Source of the DNA: Lachnospiraceae bacterium
GTDB taxonomy: Archaea; Thermoplasmatota; Thermoplasmata; Methanomassiliicoccales; Methanomethylophilaceae
Direction: 5' to 3'
DNA length: 49,541 bases
Assembly (NCBI GenBank): GCA_963637895.1
Contig: CAVHQB010000001.1
Span: forward strand, 1 to 49,541
A program made the position numbers and the translations under genes. The notes under the pieces were generated by a model. It made no database searches. It saw nothing but the letters and a program-made list of their open reading frames with translations, and was not told the DNA's origin. This document shows, piece after piece, positions 47,016 through 49,541 of the stretch. Positions within the stretch are counted from its first letter, which is position 1; each line of letters begins with the position of its first letter.

Positions 47016-48944
47016 ATGGCACTCAAGATCAAGCTCTCGCTCCATGGGTCCAGGCCTGTCGTGAGCCGCACGCTGGCGTTGGATCCCGGGCTCGACATCT
47101 ACGATGCCGCCCTCGTCTTCGTCACCGCCATGGGGTGGCGCGGAGGGCGCAAGCATTACTTCGTGATCGATGACGGCTCCGAGGGCCCGCAGATCATCGA
47201 CCGCGACATGGAGGACGTGCATACCCTCAGGGACCTCCGCGACATGAACGCCACCTTCTACTACGACCCGTTCTCGAGCTGGCGCGTGGACATGGAGTTC
47301 AAGGACGAGGCCGATGCCGACGGCCCGAAGGTGCTGGCCTGGCACGGGGAATGCCCGAACCAGCTCCTCGCCGGGATCCGCGATTTCAACGATATCCGCA
47401 AGGCCGCCAAGGACCCTTCCGATCCCGGCCACGATCAGGCGGCCGCCTGGCTGGCGACCGTGCCCCCATACGACATGGACGACGTCAACAGGCGCCTCGC
47501 CAAGGGGGAGGTGGCCTTCCCGCCCTACTGGTTCCATTCGAAGAGCAGCGGCGACCCCTCGACCGCCTTGGTGCGTCTTGCGATGAGGCTGATGGAGAGG
47601 TCCATCGAGGGCGATCCCGGGTTCAGATGCCCGGAGTGCGGGGCCGATTGCGACGGGAGGATGAATTTCGACCTCCCTCCGGGCATGATCCAAGGCGTGG
47701 AGGAGCAGCCGGTGACGGTCGTCTGCCCGAAGTGCAGGGCCGAGTCGGTCCTGTACCGCAGGAACGACGGGTTCAGGATCGGGTTCCATGAGAAGGACAC
47801 GTCGAGGCCCCAGGACCAGCAGCCGGCGATATACGATGCTCTGCTGCGCAAGGACGACGTCCGCGACCCGTTCGAGGAGGCCAGGTACCAGGCGGAGCTC
47901 GGGCTGCTGTATTACAGATATGATTACCGCAGGAACAACTCCGATGCCATCTCGGGATGCCTGGACAGGCTGGACAGGACGGACCCCAGGTACGGGGAGG
48001 CGTCGGTGCTCTGCCGGGAGTCCCTCATGCTCCTGGCTCTGAAGGACCACATGGACGAGCCTCCGTATGCGCCCGTGGACGACGAGGGCTTCGCCGGCGC
48101 CGTCGGCGCCATGGCGCTCGCCGAGAGGTGCATCCTGAAGGGCCGTCTGGAAGAGGGCGACAGGGAAGCCCTGGAGCGGGCCATGAGGATGGTCGATTCC
48201 GATCCGGAAGCGGAGCTGGCCGACAGGTGCAGGGTCGCGGCGATGATCGCGATGATCGCGCACAGCATCGACGACATCGATGCGCTGTCATGGGCCGCCT
48301 CCGTCCTGGAGGATGCGGCATCGGAGGCCGAGGAGTGCGCAGAATGCATGGAATCCGTAGGATGGTGGGCCCTCTGCTTCCTGATGGAGTCGGTCGTCAG
48401 CGGATTCTACAGCCTCGGCCGGTTCAGCGAAGCGGACAAGGCGCTGAAATGCATGACCGGCCCGTTCGTGGACTGCTACAGCGGCGAGGTGCCTCCCGCG
48501 GTCCGCAACCTGGCCCAGTTCCGCAGGGCGATGCTGTTCCTTTCGACCGGAGGGGACGAGGAGCAGGCGATGGACGACCTCGAGGCGCTCATGAGGTCCG
48601 CCAAGAGCTGTGAGGACAACGGGCTGTACACGACTATGCGCATGATGTACGCGATACTCCTCCGTGCAGAGCACGGCGTGACGAAGGGCGAGCAGCTCTC
48701 CAACGAGAGGGCCATGTTCGTGGACCTCCTGGCCCAGATGCTGACGCAGAAGCACATCGGCGAGAAGGACGTCAACAAGGCGCTGTGCGACTTCATCAGG
48801 ATCTATGTCGGCAGGGGATACCCGTTCAGCAAGGCCCGCGAGGATCTTCGGAAGGGCGGCTTCCTGCTGGAGAAGAACCAGCCGGACCTGGGGGACTTCG
48901 ACATCGACCTGGTATGGAGCTGCGCGCTGTCCTGGAAGGTCTGA
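47016..48944 (+). CDS. pRiA4b ORF-3-like domain + Zn ribbon + helical repeat protein
   Basis: PVVSRTL...AMGW...HYF...YYD...W...GECP...GIRDF...DVNRRL; CPECG...CPKC; Ala/Leu-rich helical C-terminal half. Confidence 0.65.
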   Translation: MALKIKLSLHGSRPVVSRTLALDPGLDIYDAALVFVTAMGWRGGRKHYFVIDDGSEGPQIIDRDMEDVHTLRDLRDMNATFYYDPFSSWRVDMEFKDEADADGPKVLAWHGECPNQLLAGIRDFNDIRKAAKDPSDPGHDQAAAWLATVPPYDMDDVNRRLAKGEVAFPPYWFHSKSSGDPSTALVRLAMRLMERSIEGDPGFRCPECGADCDGRMNFDLPPGMIQGVEEQPVTVVCPKCRAESVLYRRNDGFRIGFHEKDTSRPQDQQPAIYDALLRKDDVRDPFEEARYQAELGLLYYRYDYRRNNSDAISGCLDRLDRTDPRYGEASVLCRESLMLLALKDHMDEPPYAPVDDEGFAGAVGAMALAERCILKGRLEEGDREALERAMRMVDSDPEAELADRCRVAAMIAMIAHSIDDIDALSWAASVLEDAASEAEECAECMESVGWWALCFLMESVVSGFYSLGRFSEADKALKCMTGPFVDCYSGEVPPAVRNLAQFRRAMLFLSTGGDEEQAMDDLEALMRSAKSCEDNGLYTTMRMMYAILLRAEHGVTKGEQLSNERAMFVDLLAQMLTQKHIGEKDVNKALCDFIRIYVGRGYPFSKAREDLRKGGFLLEKNQPDLGDFDIDLVWSCALSWKV

Positions 48945-49029
48945 GCCGCGACCGGCGGCGGAGGCGGGCCCCGTCTCCGCACGCTCCGCCCATCCCCTAT
49001 ATTTTTAAACGGGAATGCAATCAGTGGAT

Positions 49030-49541
49030 ATGGTTCCCAAGAGCAAGATTGACGAAATTCTGGATGGGTACGACACGAGCGACATCACGATCGCCACACT
49101 GTGCTCCCATTCGTCACTGCAGATCTTCCACGGAGCGAGGAAGATGGGCTTCAAGACGCTTGGGCTCACTATCACTCACAGCACGAAGCACTACGACGCC
49201 TTCCCGCTGGCCAAGCCCGACGAGATCCTGAAGTACAAGGACTTCGACGACTTCGAGGAGCGCACAGGGGAGCTCTTGGACAGGAACGTCATCATCATCC
49301 CCCACGGCTCCTTCGTCGAGTACATGGGCCCCCGCAGGTTCGCGGAGCTGCCCGTCCCCTCGTACGGCAACCGTGCGGTCCTCGGATGGGAGTCCGACAG
49401 GGACATGCAGAGGCAGTGGATCACATCCGCCGGCGTCCCCATGCCCAGGCTGATCACCGATGCGAGGGAGATCGACGAGCCCGTCATGGTCAAGTACCAC
49501 GGCGCGAAAGGCGGAAGGGGGTACTTCATCGCCATGGACTA
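49030..49541 (+). CDS. purP: 5-formaminoimidazole-4-carboxamide ribonucleotide synthetase, partial (runs off the right edge)
   Basis: MVPKSKIDEIL...IATLCSHSSLQIFHGARKMGFKT...IPHGSFVEY...GAKGGRGYF; missed by the ORF track because it has no stop in the window. Confidence 0.93.
   Translation, partial: MVPKSKIDEILDGYDTSDITIATLCSHSSLQIFHGARKMGFKTLGLTITHSTKHYDAFPLAKPDEILKYKDFDDFEERTGELLDRNVIIIPHGSFVEYMGPRRFAELPVPSYGNRAVLGWESDRDMQRQWITSAGVPMPRLITDAREIDEPVMVKYHGAKGGRGYFIAMD

Noticed and set aside
44606..47098. 830-aa ORF as a single gene
   Set aside because: Its 5' part is an off-frame shadow of rpa; the real gene starts at 45523.

Overview
A GC-rich archaeal chromosome segment. Gene content (archaeal ribosomal and RNAP subunits, PAN, CDC48, Trm56, PurP, two HdrD-like proteins, FolP) and the absence of TAG stops point to a Methanomassiliicoccales (Methanomethylophilaceae-like) methanogen; this is an inference. 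Most of 6.7-49.5 kb is housekeeping, with three tRNA genes. The left 6.7 kb is an accessory, defence-like island: two tandem paralogues with a doubled TerB_N domain plus TerB_C (Shango SngA-like), the frameshifted 3' stump of a third copy, and an AAA_14/DUF4143 ATPase-nuclease gene whose promoter sits directly behind a 23-bp tandem array that starts where the stump's homology ends. Other leads are a ubiquitin-like plus catalytically dead JAB/MPN-like gene pair, an Sm-like small protein ending in a proteasome HbYX motif, a GNAT toxin-antitoxin-like pair bounded by direct repeats after tRNA-Pro, a larA-hdrD-like-folP operon, and alternating purine-pyrimidine (Z-DNA-prone) tracts at divergent promoters. 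All family assignments come from reading motifs by eye; no searches were run.
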